Part shown: piece after piece, positions 8,370 to 16,823 of the stretch
Layout: each line of letters opens with the position of its first letter
How positions within the stretch are numbered: position 1 is the stretch's first letter
From: Candidatus Latescibacterota bacterium
Lineage (GTDB): Bacteria > Latescibacterota > UBA2968 > GCA-2709665
Assembly (NCBI GenBank): GCA_965226795.1
Contig: CBDDDZ010000005.1
Coordinates: forward strand, 2,368,001 to 2,432,000
Reading direction: 5' to 3'
Length of the DNA: 64,000 nucleotides
The notes under the pieces: model-generated
Told to the model about the DNA's origin: nothing
Database searches by the model: none
The model's input: only the letters and a program-made list of their open reading frames with translations
Position numbers and translations under genes: made by a program

Positions 8370-11300
8370 CTATCGCCTGGTCAACCGGGCATCCTGGTGC
8401 AAGCCGTAGATGATGTAGTCGGTGACCGCCTGGATGACCACGTCGGTCGGCAACACGAGCAGGCCATCCTCCGGCTTGACCCCTTCGGGCAGCTTCAGAT
8501 AGGCGGCCATCTCCTCTGGAAGGTATGTCATTTCGTCACCGAAAAACGTGGGCATTTTGGTGCCCGGCTGAATCTTCTGCGGATCCCACAACCAGTCCCG
8601 GATCCACGCCGGTTTCAGCCGCTCCCTCGCCAGCTTCAGGTCGGGCGCCCAGCTTGCCGGGTCGCCCCTGGGCTTGATATCGCCCTGCTGGTGACAGGTG
8701 AAGCAGTTGTAAATGTCCTCGCTGAACAGCTTTTTTGCGCCGCTCATCTCCTTTGGACTCAACCGCTTATGCACAAACGTCGCGTAAGGAAACTGCTCCT
8801 TGTCCAAACGGGAGAAATAGGTAACCAGATCGATGGCCTGCTGGTCTTCGAATCCGAACGTGGGCATCCGCGTCTCGAGCCACGGACGGATAGGCTCCAC
8901 GTTCTTCAGGAAAGCGAAGAACCAGTCCGGCTGAACTTTCCTGCCCTCGCTGTCCAGGACCGGCGGCACGAAACCCACGGCGTCGGAGGCGGAAACATCC
9001 TCAGCCCCGTAAGCCTCCACCAGCGGATCCCGGATCGCCCCGCCCTGATTCTCCACGACGTGGCAACCCTTACAATTCCTGTCGTAAACCAGCCAGCGGC
9101 CCTTCTCGATATCGACTTCCTCGGGTGCCAGGCGTTTGACAGCGTCGGCGCCCACCTGGGTCCTGTTCATGCTCAGTAGCGCCGTCGTTACCGCGTGCGC
9201 GTCCTCATCGCTCAGGCCGAACTGGGGCATACGCAGCTTATCGTCGAACAGCTTCACCTTGCCCTTATCGAAGACCCGGGGTTGTTTGAGCTTCTTGAAG
9301 AACCAGTCATGGCGGGTATAGGGAATGGCGTCGGGATCGGTGATGTCGGAACCATGCTTCCTGGTCAGCAGACCGAAATCCAGCTTGTCCACGTCCTTGC
9401 TGCCTTCCTCGGTCAGTTCCGTGCCGATGGGCGAGACATCCTCGAATCCCGCAATGAGGTGGCATCCGAAACAGCCCTGCCGGGAGATAATCTTCTCGCC
9501 CAGCCAGATGTCCCGCTCATGACTCGACATCTGAGCCAGTTGCTCCTTCGCGGTCTTCACGGGCAGCCGGCCTCGCAGGTAGTTCAGGACCAGGTCGTCG
9601 CGCACCTGCGGGTCCACCGGCGCCACCTGTCGGGCTTCAAAGTCCGTATTCCTAAGCGTGAGCAGATAGGCCGCAATGTCGGCGGCCTCCCGGTCGGTCA
9701 ACCGCAGATTCGGCATCCGGGTATCCGGGAAATAGGCCGTTGGATCCTTCAGCCACGCGAACAGCCAGCCCGCAGAAAGTTTACTTCCCACGCCGTTCAG
9801 GTTAGGGCCGAAATTCCGCAGCCCGTATTCCTGGCCCAACTGATCGTCCGCACCCACTACATGGCAGGCCTTGCAGCCCACCATTTCGACGAGGCGCTCG
9901 CCCCGCCCGGGGTCGCGCGGCACCGGAGGCGCGGGGTATGCGGGCCGCTCGGATTTCTCGAAAATATACGACACGACAGCGTTGACCGCGGCCGTATTGC
10001 GCGCGATATCCTCAGGTCCGCTAACGTTGGACAGATCGAAAATCTTGGGCATCTTGGTGGAAGGGCGGAACCCCTTCGGATCACGCACCCACTTAAGGAC
10101 CCAATCGCGATCCAGTTTGCCGGCCGCCTTTCGAAGATCCGGACCGACCCCGCGCAGATCCTGCAGCGTATGTTTTTCGATCTTGTGGCAGCCGTGACAG
10201 CCCAGCGTGCGCACGAGATGGATACCGCGATTCAGTCGATCACCTTGCGGGACATCCACAACGCCTGTGTGGCACTGCGCACACGTCGACTCGACGTAGC
10301 GACTGGGCAGCATCGGGTGGTCCCAGTATTTCATCCTCTTCCAGCCGTACAGCTTTTTCCAGCGGGCGGCCTCGACGTCGTCGCTTGGAGTATGGGCCGT
10401 ATTCTTGAACGTCACCCCCCGGTCGCGGCCGAGATGACAGGTGGTGCACCCCGACTCATCGATCGGATGGGGTGAGCCGTTGCTCAGGAAAAGGTCCAGC
10501 CTGGGGTGTGTGGCAAATGCCCGTACGCGGCCAAGCCGAATGTCTTCGTCCGCGTAGGCTTTTTCCATGTAAGTCCTGAGTGTCTCGTCCTCGAACCAGC
10601 CGGTTTCCGGATCGAGCTCGTATCCCGGACGATCGATGTTCAGATGGCACGTGGTACACCGGTCGACCCGGGGAACCCTGGTAAAGTTGAGTTCGTTTCT
10701 GAGTTCGGCCAGTACGACCTGCCGGACCTTTATGGACGGATCGATAAAGTCGACCATCGGCAGGTTTCGAAAAACGTTGGGAAAACTGGGTACAAGCCCC
10801 GTCAGTTTGCGCCTCAGATTTTCTTCATCCTTGCGCAACGAGCGCCGCCTTGACTCCAGCGCCTGCCGCTGCCCCGCCACCGCGTCGATGATCTTCTGCT
10901 GCGCCGCCTGCTTTTCCTCCACAGCCTCCCTGGCCAGCCGTAATTCGTAGATCTGGGCCTCCTGCGCCTCCATCTCGGCCTTTTTCTTCGCCGCCGTTTC
11001 CCCGTGCCCGGCTTTCGCCGCGTCTTCATACTCAAACTTCACCACGTCGTATTGCGCCTTTTCGAACTTGAGCTCCTGATCGGCGCCGTACCATTCCGCC
11101 TGCGTGAGCCGTTTCAACTCGCTCTGCGCCGTGTCGTATCTTTCCTGATGTGCCAGGATCGCGGCCTCGATCCCCGTGAGTTCGTCCTCAATCGCCTTCA
11201 GGGCATCCTGATCGATGTTCTCCTGAGCCGATCTGATTTCCGCCTCCGTCTTATAGGCCTCCAGCGCCATCGCTTCCTTCTGTATGCCCTTCCACTCCCG

Positions 11301-11423
11301 GTCGTAGTCGTCCCAGACCATCCAGAGCACGGCAACAACCAGCACCACGCTGGACAGGGCGAAAATCATGTTTAATTTATCTACATTGTAGACAAAGTCT
11401 ATGAAGCGCTTCGGCTCATTCAT
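8370..11423 (-). CDS. Membrane-anchored octaheme c-type cytochrome
   Basis: Eight CXXCH (CTTCH x2, CAQCH, CHGCH, CKACH, CFGCH, CKGCH, CFTCH); N-terminal TM plus coiled coil. Confidence 0.92.
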   Translation of the reverse strand: MNEPKRFIDFVYNVDKLNMIFALSSVVLVVAVLWMVWDDYDREWKGIQKEAMALEAYKTEAEIRSAQENIDQDALKAIEDELTGIEAAILAHQERYDTAQSELKRLTQAEWYGADQELKFEKAQYDVVKFEYEDAAKAGHGETAAKKKAEMEAQEAQIYELRLAREAVEEKQAAQQKIIDAVAGQRQALESRRRSLRKDEENLRRKLTGLVPSFPNVFRNLPMVDFIDPSIKVRQVVLAELRNELNFTRVPRVDRCTTCHLNIDRPGYELDPETGWFEDETLRTYMEKAYADEDIRLGRVRAFATHPRLDLFLSNGSPHPIDESGCTTCHLGRDRGVTFKNTAHTPSDDVEAARWKKLYGWKRMKYWDHPMLPSRYVESTCAQCHTGVVDVPQGDRLNRGIHLVRTLGCHGCHKIEKHTLQDLRGVGPDLRKAAGKLDRDWVLKWVRDPKGFRPSTKMPKIFDLSNVSGPEDIARNTAAVNAVVSYIFEKSERPAYPAPPVPRDPGRGERLVEMVGCKACHVVGADDQLGQEYGLRNFGPNLNGVGSKLSAGWLFAWLKDPTAYFPDTRMPNLRLTDREAADIAAYLLTLRNTDFEARQVAPVDPQVRDDLVLNYLRGRLPVKTAKEQLAQMSSHERDIWLGEKIISRQGCFGCHLIAGFEDVSPIGTELTEEGSKDVDKLDFGLLTRKHGSDITDPDAIPYTRHDWFFKKLKQPRVFDKGKVKLFDDKLRMPQFGLSDEDAHAVTTALLSMNRTQVGADAVKRLAPEEVDIEKGRWLVYDRNCKGCHVVENQGGAIRDPLVEAYGAEDVSASDAVGFVPPVLDSEGRKVQPDWFFAFLKNVEPIRPWLETRMPTFGFEDQQAIDLVTYFSRLDKEQFPYATFVHKRLSPKEMSGAKKLFSEDIYNCFTCHQQGDIKPRGDPASWAPDLKLARERLKPAWIRDWLWDPQKIQPGTKMPTFFGDEMTYLPEEMAAYLKLPEGVKPEDGLLVLPTDVVIQAVTDYIIYGLHQDARLTRR

Positions 11424-11529
11424 CGAACGGCTCCAGAGAGGCGGCATTCACCAGAACAACCGGAGTCCTTCAACCCTTTCAGATATTCCTTAGCAGGCTG
11501 CAGCGGCGCCGGAAAACAGAAAAGAACCC

Positions 11530-12606
11530 TCAGATATTGAAAAAATATTCTGGAATGGCGACGATGTATTTCAGGTTGAAAAGCCAGCGAAGCAACATCT
11601 TAATGGGGAGGGCGACCATGCAGAGGAAGAATAAGATCATCACGCTATAGCGGGCGAATCCCATGGTCTTGTAGAATTCCTTGAACACAGTTTGCGCCAG
11701 TACAGGCGGCGGCACCAGAAAATACAGGATAACCAGCAGGAAGCCCCATATTTCGCGCGTCAACCAGAAGGATGGCAAACCCGTGCCCAGCCATTGGACG
11801 TAGATATATTCCGACAGATTGACGTTGACCAGCGCTACCAGTTTGTGTACGTCCCAGAATTCGTAGGGCCCGAAAAAGTTCCAGTTCGGTCCGCGCAGAA
11901 ACGTACCGATCATGATCAGCATCACCCACAACACCACAAAACCGAACAGAAACACCGTAATGGCGAACCGGCGTTCCTTGAACGTGTAGTAGCCGAGTCC
12001 CTTGGAATTCCGATCGATATAAGGAATCGCCATGAGACCCACAATAACAAGGGTGGGTAGAACAACCCCGGCGATCCATGGATCGTAATAAACCAGCATT
12101 TCCTGCAGTCCCAGGAAATACCAGGGCGCCTTGGAAGGATTGGGGGTTTTCGCGGGGTTGGCCGGCTCTTCGATAGGCGCCTTGATGAGCACGGACCAGA
12201 GAATCAGGAAGACCGTGGCAAGGGTCAGGCAGATCAACTCCGTGTAGACCAGATGGGGCCAAGTGAGAACCTTCTCTTTGAATTCGGCTTTCTCAACCGG
12301 TCCCTCGCCCCGTGCGATTCGCTCGTCGTTGTCGTACCCCTGCTTCAGGGCGTACCACACGAAAAAACCGACCAGGAACAGCAACATGACAATTGGGATA
12401 TTGTCGCCCTTGGTCACGATGATACGGAAATTCTCATCCTGAAAGCTTACCACGAAGAATACGATCGAGGCGATGAGAGCGAGGAGACCAAACCGGACGG
12501 TCCAGACCCAGCGGGTACGCAAAGCCAGAATAAAAAGAACGGCAAACAGCGGCAGGAAATATTGAGGCGTGAGAAGCCAGTTAACGAAGCCCTTGAGAAC
12601 GTCCAT
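11530..12606 (-). CDS. Cytochrome b6-type complex subunit IV (PetD/QcrC-like) with extra TM helices
   Basis: TWPHL, APIEEPANPAKTPNPSKAPWYF (PEWY-equivalent), PYIDR. Confidence 0.85.
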   Translation of the reverse strand: MDVLKGFVNWLLTPQYFLPLFAVLFILALRTRWVWTVRFGLLALIASIVFFVVSFQDENFRIIVTKGDNIPIVMLLFLVGFFVWYALKQGYDNDERIARGEGPVEKAEFKEKVLTWPHLVYTELICLTLATVFLILWSVLIKAPIEEPANPAKTPNPSKAPWYFLGLQEMLVYYDPWIAGVVLPTLVIVGLMAIPYIDRNSKGLGYYTFKERRFAITVFLFGFVVLWVMLIMIGTFLRGPNWNFFGPYEFWDVHKLVALVNVNLSEYIYVQWLGTGLPSFWLTREIWGFLLVILYFLVPPPVLAQTVFKEFYKTMGFARYSVMILFFLCMVALPIKMLLRWLFNLKYIVAIPEYFFNI

Positions 12607-12651
12607 CGTCTTCCTCGATGATTCCGCAAATCGGCCAGGCGGAGGCCGTTT

Positions 12652-13437
12652 CTACATCGGCCCGGAGATCCCGCCGTCTTTTCGGACCCGCCAGAAGTGA
12701 ACGGCCATTAATACAGCCGCTACAAACGGGATGAACAGACAATGCAGGACATAGAACCTCAGCAGCGCGCCCTCCCCGACAAACCGGCCCCCCAACAGCG
12801 CGAATCGGGCATCGTTGCCGGCGTGGACCAGGTTGATATCGCCAAGCATAAGGAACGCCGCTCCTGGCCCCTCGTGCCCGAGAAAAGGCGTTGCCCGCGC
12901 CATATTCGATCCTACAGTAATGGCCCAGATGGCAAGCTGGTCCCAGGGCAACAGATACCCGGTAAAGCTCAGCAGCAACGTGAGAAGAAGCAGTATGACG
13001 CCAATCGCCCAGTTGAACTCCCGTGGAGGCTTATAGGAACCCGTCATAAACACGCGCAACATGTGCAGCCAGACCGTGATAATCATCGCGTGGGCGCCCC
13101 ACCGGTGAATCTCCCGCATGATACCCAGCGGCACCTGCTCGCCCAGGTCGATGATGTCGGTGTAGGCGTACTCGAGTGTGGGCCGGTAGTAAAACATGAG
13201 CAGAATGCCGGTGATGGTCTCAATCAGGAAAATAAAAAAGGTGAGCCCGCCCATACACCACGTGTAGCGCACCCGGATACCTGATTTCGGGGTCCGAACG
13301 GGATGCAGGTGCAGAAATACATTGGTCAACACCACCTGCGCGCGGCCGCGTTCGTCTCTCGGCACGTCGTGCCTGAAGATGGACTTCCAGATCTGAGAGC
13401 GTTTGGTCCGGTCCAGGAGGCCGGAAATCTTCGGCAT
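12652..13437 (-). CDS. Cytochrome b, split b6-type (PetB/QcrB-like)
   Basis: CMGG (heme ci Cys position), HRWGAH...[11 protein letters not shown], 14-residue His spacing in helix D, C-terminal GISGPM. Confidence 0.95.
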   Translation of the reverse strand: MPKISGLLDRTKRSQIWKSIFRHDVPRDERGRAQVVLTNVFLHLHPVRTPKSGIRVRYTWCMGGLTFFIFLIETITGILLMFYYRPTLEYAYTDIIDLGEQVPLGIMREIHRWGAHAMIITVWLHMLRVFMTGSYKPPREFNWAIGVILLLLTLLLSFTGYLLPWDQLAIWAITVGSNMARATPFLGHEGPGAAFLMLGDINLVHAGNDARFALLGGRFVGEGALLRFYVLHCLFIPFVAAVLMAVHFWRVRKDGGISGPM

Positions 13438-13519
13438 ACCGTGTTCTCCCGATTGTCGCGCAATCCCGTAACTGACAGAATTAATCTTGTAAACGCCGCA
13501 ACCGACGCCAGGTTGCCAG

Positions 13520-14452
13520 TTAGATCCGCAAAAAGGATTCCGGGTTGTCCCAGTGACCCTTCTCGTACTGGAACTTCCGGGTTTTGTCCACCAGCACCTG
13601 GCCATCCTCAGCCAGTACGATGCGGGCCCTTTCGAGCGGCCGCGGCGCCGGCCCCTCGAAATTAATGCCGGTCATATAAAAACCACTGCCGTGACACGGA
13701 CACTTGAATTTCTTTTCGTTGCCCAGCCAGTTGGGCGTGCAACCCAGATGGGTGCACACCGAAATGAGGGCGAACATATCCTGCGTGGACTTGACAATCC
13801 AGACGCTGAACTTGTCCTTCCAGCGTTCATCCACGCCCAGGTCGTAATCTTCCGGAAATCCGATCGTGAAAGACTGAGGGGGCTCGAAAAGGACATTCGG
13901 AAACAGGAAGCGCGCAAACCCCAGGAGCCCAGCCGCGGACGCGGCCGCAAACGCCGCCCAGGCCAGGGTCAACCACGTAAAAAACCCCCGGCGGGTGGTC
14001 ATGCCACCTTCGGCGACGGCCCGTGTTCTTTCCGGTCCTGGTCGGATTGCGGGCGGAGCCGGCGAGGTCTGCACGATCACGCGCTCTTCGGCCGGCGCAT
14101 CCGTTTTTTGCGTTAACGCCCGGGCGGCAGCGGCCCGGGCTGCCGTGGACGCGGCCTTTTTCGCGGGCGCGCCGGCTGGCGCCGCTCCACCACCCCCGCG
14201 CGCCTTTCGCATCAACTCGGCCTTGGCCTTTGCACGGGCAACGCGATCCTGGATCTCGTTCAGCGACGAAAGATCGACTTCGGCCTCACCGGAACCGCCC
14301 CCCGATTCGTCCGTAGCCTTCCCGGAAGCTCCCTCTGCCGGCGTTGCCGCGGCCTCTCTGGCCTTGCGCATCGCTTCCGCCTTGGCCCTGGCCCTGGCTA
14401 CCCGATCCGGAATTTCGTCGAATTCCGAGAGATCGATATTTTCTTCCGACAT
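13520..14452 (-). CDS. Rieske 2Fe-2S subunit with about 150-aa repeated N-terminal extension
   Basis: CTHLGC and CPCHGS boxes; internal TRRGFF Tat motif plus TM; two N-terminal repeats. Confidence 0.95.
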   Translation of the reverse strand: MSEENIDLSEFDEIPDRVARARAKAEAMRKAREAAATPAEGASGKATDESGGGSGEAEVDLSSLNEIQDRVARAKAKAELMRKARGGGGAAPAGAPAKKAASTAARAAAARALTQKTDAPAEERVIVQTSPAPPAIRPGPERTRAVAEGGMTTRRGFFTWLTLAWAAFAAASAAGLLGFARFLFPNVLFEPPQSFTIGFPEDYDLGVDERWKDKFSVWIVKSTQDMFALISVCTHLGCTPNWLGNEKKFKCPCHGSGFYMTGINFEGPAPRPLERARIVLAEDGQVLVDKTRKFQYEKGHWDNPESFLRI

Positions 14453-14571
14453 GGAAAACCCCAGAAACCGGTCACCTGGTTTTCGAACCGAAACTCTTTA
14501 GGACTATATAATCGTATAAGTTAATGAAATACCGGAAATTGAACCACTTACAAGCCCACAGACACCCGGCC

Positions 14572-14600
14572 AATATATCGAAACAACCCCGGATTGTCAA
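14572..14600 (-). promoter_or_regulatory. Sigma70-type promoter of the respiratory supercluster
   Basis: TTGACA-17-TATATT on the minus strand upstream of the Rieske gene. Confidence 0.7.
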
Positions 14601-14706
14601 GCTGGATTTTCTGTAGATTCGCACCCTCCTGGGAGAACAGGCGAGGGATCCGACGCGCGCCTGAAAGGGCGGGATCCCTCGCTGAATATCCATCGATTCA
14701 TGCGGC

Positions 14707-15615
14707 TCATTTCTCCCCCCATTCATTCAGGACTTCAATGGCCGCCTGCCTGACCCGCAGGTCCGGATCCTGCTGGCGGAGTCGCTGCAGCGAGGGAGCC
14801 AGGGACCTGGCGTCCAGAATGCCCACGGCCCTGATCGCTTCGACCAGAATATTACGCCGCCCCTCCCCGCTTATCCCATCGAAACCGTCCAGGTATCCCG
14901 GGCTAAGCATCTCACCCAGAACTTCAAAGCCCGCGATATTGCCGGCTGCCGCCAACTGCAGGGCGGCGTTCCAGCGAACGTCGGGTGCCCGGTCGTGAAG
15001 CGCCTGTTCGAGTGCCGGCGGCACTCGAGGGTCATCGAGACCCCCCAGTGCGTAAACCGCGGCTTTACGCAGGCCGGCATCGTCGCCGGACGCGATCCTT
15101 TTAAGGTTGGACACAGCGCTCGGGTCTCCCTGGGCCCTGAGCGAGAACATCGCGTTGATCCGGGTCTCGTCGTCGGGATCATCCAAAGCGGAAATCAGGA
15201 CACCGACAAGCTTGGGATCCTGCACCCTTCCCATTGCGGCAGCCAGGAACCGCCTCACGCGCGGGTCGTCCGAACGGGAAGCCTCAAACACGCGGATCAA
15301 CTCTCCAACGAACCTGCGGCCGATCCGACCCTCGCGCTTTTCCTTTTCGAGCACCGTGGCCAGTTCGTACGCCGCCTGCCAGCGGCTGTTGATGCCGCCG
15401 ACGCGAATCGTATTGAGATAGTCCTCCGCCGTTTTTTTCTCGGCCGTTAACAGCCCCAATCCCAGGTAGATTGCAAGCGCCACCAGGATAATGGCCACCG
15501 GAAAAATGACGAATTGGGAAACCAGCCTTGCCCGGGAGACTTCCGCGTCCGAAACCGGAGCGCTGGCATCTTCGGCGATTCTTCTGAGTTCCTCTTCGGG
15601 AGTCGGATGGTCCAT
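14707..15615 (-). CDS. HEAT-repeat protein with N-terminal TM anchor
   Basis: Repeats DDPRVRRFLAAAMG, DPDDETRINAMFSL, DDAGLRKAAVYALG, APDVRWNAALQL, DPDLRVRQAAIEVL. Confidence 0.88.
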   Translation of the reverse strand: MDHPTPEEELRRIAEDASAPVSDAEVSRARLVSQFVIFPVAIILVALAIYLGLGLLTAEKKTAEDYLNTIRVGGINSRWQAAYELATVLEKEKREGRIGRRFVGELIRVFEASRSDDPRVRRFLAAAMGRVQDPKLVGVLISALDDPDDETRINAMFSLRAQGDPSAVSNLKRIASGDDAGLRKAAVYALGGLDDPRVPPALEQALHDRAPDVRWNAALQLAAAGNIAGFEVLGEMLSPGYLDGFDGISGEGRRNILVEAIRAVGILDARSLAPSLQRLRQQDPDLRVRQAAIEVLNEWGEK

Positions 15616-15683
15616 TCGGCAACCTCTATCTTGAACAACGGCAAACGTTATCCCTGGAGTCGACGCGCGAAACCGCACGGTCC

Positions 15684-15787
15684 AATATATACAGAGGTGG
15701 CACGCGCTGTCAAGATTTTGGTCCTCGCCGAAGTTTGCCCGCCCCTGGCCCTTCGCCCTTGACAACCCTTAAGAAAGACCTTATTTT
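15684..15787. promoter_or_regulatory. Divergent sigma70-type promoter pair (HEAT gene / ferredoxin)
   Basis: Minus: TTGACA(15713-15708)-18-TATATT; plus: TTGACA(15759-15764)-17-TATTTT. Confidence 0.55.
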
Positions 15788-15846
15788 AGCGTCGGATCAT
15801 ACAAACCCTAATACACAAATTCCGCTCAACAGGAGATCTCGCCCCC

Positions 15847-16581
15847 GTGAACGTCGACCTTACCCAGTTTGACGGCATCACCGACCGGGTGGCGCGGGCA
15901 AGGGCCAAAGCCGAGGCCATGCGGAAAGCCAAGCAGGGCGCCGGGGACGCCGCGGAATCCGCACCCGAGGCGGCCGCCTCGGAACTGGAAACCGCACAGG
16001 CTTCCGTGGAGCCCGAAAAGGAGCCCGCTGGCCTTACCATTCTCGAATTCAGGCCCGGCATCCATTTCAAACTGAACGGACGGGCCGGCCGGACTGTGGG
16101 CATCCGTTATGACCTGGTCAGTTTCGTCTACGATGACGATCCGGACCAACTCGTCACCGCGGACCGATACCGCCTCAGCCACGCCCACGCCGAAGGTACG
16201 CTGGAATTCGCTCCGAAGTCGGAGGTCTACCGTCCTGAGCGATTCGCCAAAAAAGAACGCATCGACTTCCACGAACACCTCTGGCTGGAAACCCGCTCCG
16301 GCATGGCCTCCAAGAAGAGGCGGCCCCGGCATATCGCCATTATCAATCCGGACTATTGCACCGGTTGCAACGCCTGTATCGAGGTCTGTCCAACTGACTG
16401 TATCGAAGAAGTAGACGTGGCTGATGCCGGGCTGGACGGCATCGGTACTTTTTGTGAAGTCCGGCTCGAAGACTGCATCGGATGCATACAATGTGTACAT
16501 ATCTGCCCATGGGAAGCCATCGAAATGGTAGACACCCAGCGGGTTGAAGACGCATATGGCATTCCCGTCGGGACTTTGTAG
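15847..16581 (+). CDS. 2x[4Fe-4S] ferredoxin with long N-terminal extension
   Basis: CTGCNACIEVCP and CIGCIQCVHICP; AGGAG RBS and GTG start; N-terminal motif shared with the Rieske protein. Confidence 0.9.
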   Translation: MNVDLTQFDGITDRVARARAKAEAMRKAKQGAGDAAESAPEAAASELETAQASVEPEKEPAGLTILEFRPGIHFKLNGRAGRTVGIRYDLVSFVYDDDPDQLVTADRYRLSHAHAEGTLEFAPKSEVYRPERFAKKERIDFHEHLWLETRSGMASKKRRPRHIAIINPDYCTGCNACIEVCPTDCIEEVDVADAGLDGIGTFCEVRLEDCIGCIQCVHICPWEAIEMVDTQRVEDAYGIPVGTL

Positions 16582-16605
16582 ATCGTTATCGACCAAAGGT
16601 AAAAT

Positions 16606-16643
16606 AAAAGGAGCGTCAACCGGATCCGGTTGACGCTCCTTTT
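16606..16643. terminator. Bidirectional intrinsic terminator
   Basis: Perfect 38-bp palindrome AAAAGGAGCGTCAACCGGATCCGGTTGACGCTCCTTTT between convergent genes. Confidence 0.85.
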
Positions 16644-16823
16644 TGTGGTGTGGAATACCGGGGCTGCCAGGCTGTGCGTGATGCCGTCGGTTTGTGATCC
16701 CCCGCTATACCGGTCCGTATTGTCGCGCCTCCGACAACTGGCATCAACTGCGGCATTTCGCCGAATATCGAGAGGAATCGCGAGATCAATCCATATCATA
16801 ATAACGGCTTGCGCCGCATACCG

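Noticed and set aside
9195..10475. Long antisense ORFs (e.g. 9195-10475, 5954-7087, 8031-9179, 33262-34326, 58797-59993)
   Set aside because: Shadow frames of well-supported genes in GC-rich DNA, with no recognisable motifs.
8370..11423. Octaheme protein as hydroxylamine oxidoreductase or nitrite reductase
   Set aside because: Heme spacing and repeated Met-Pro ligand motifs fit electron-transfer domains, and there is no CXXCK.
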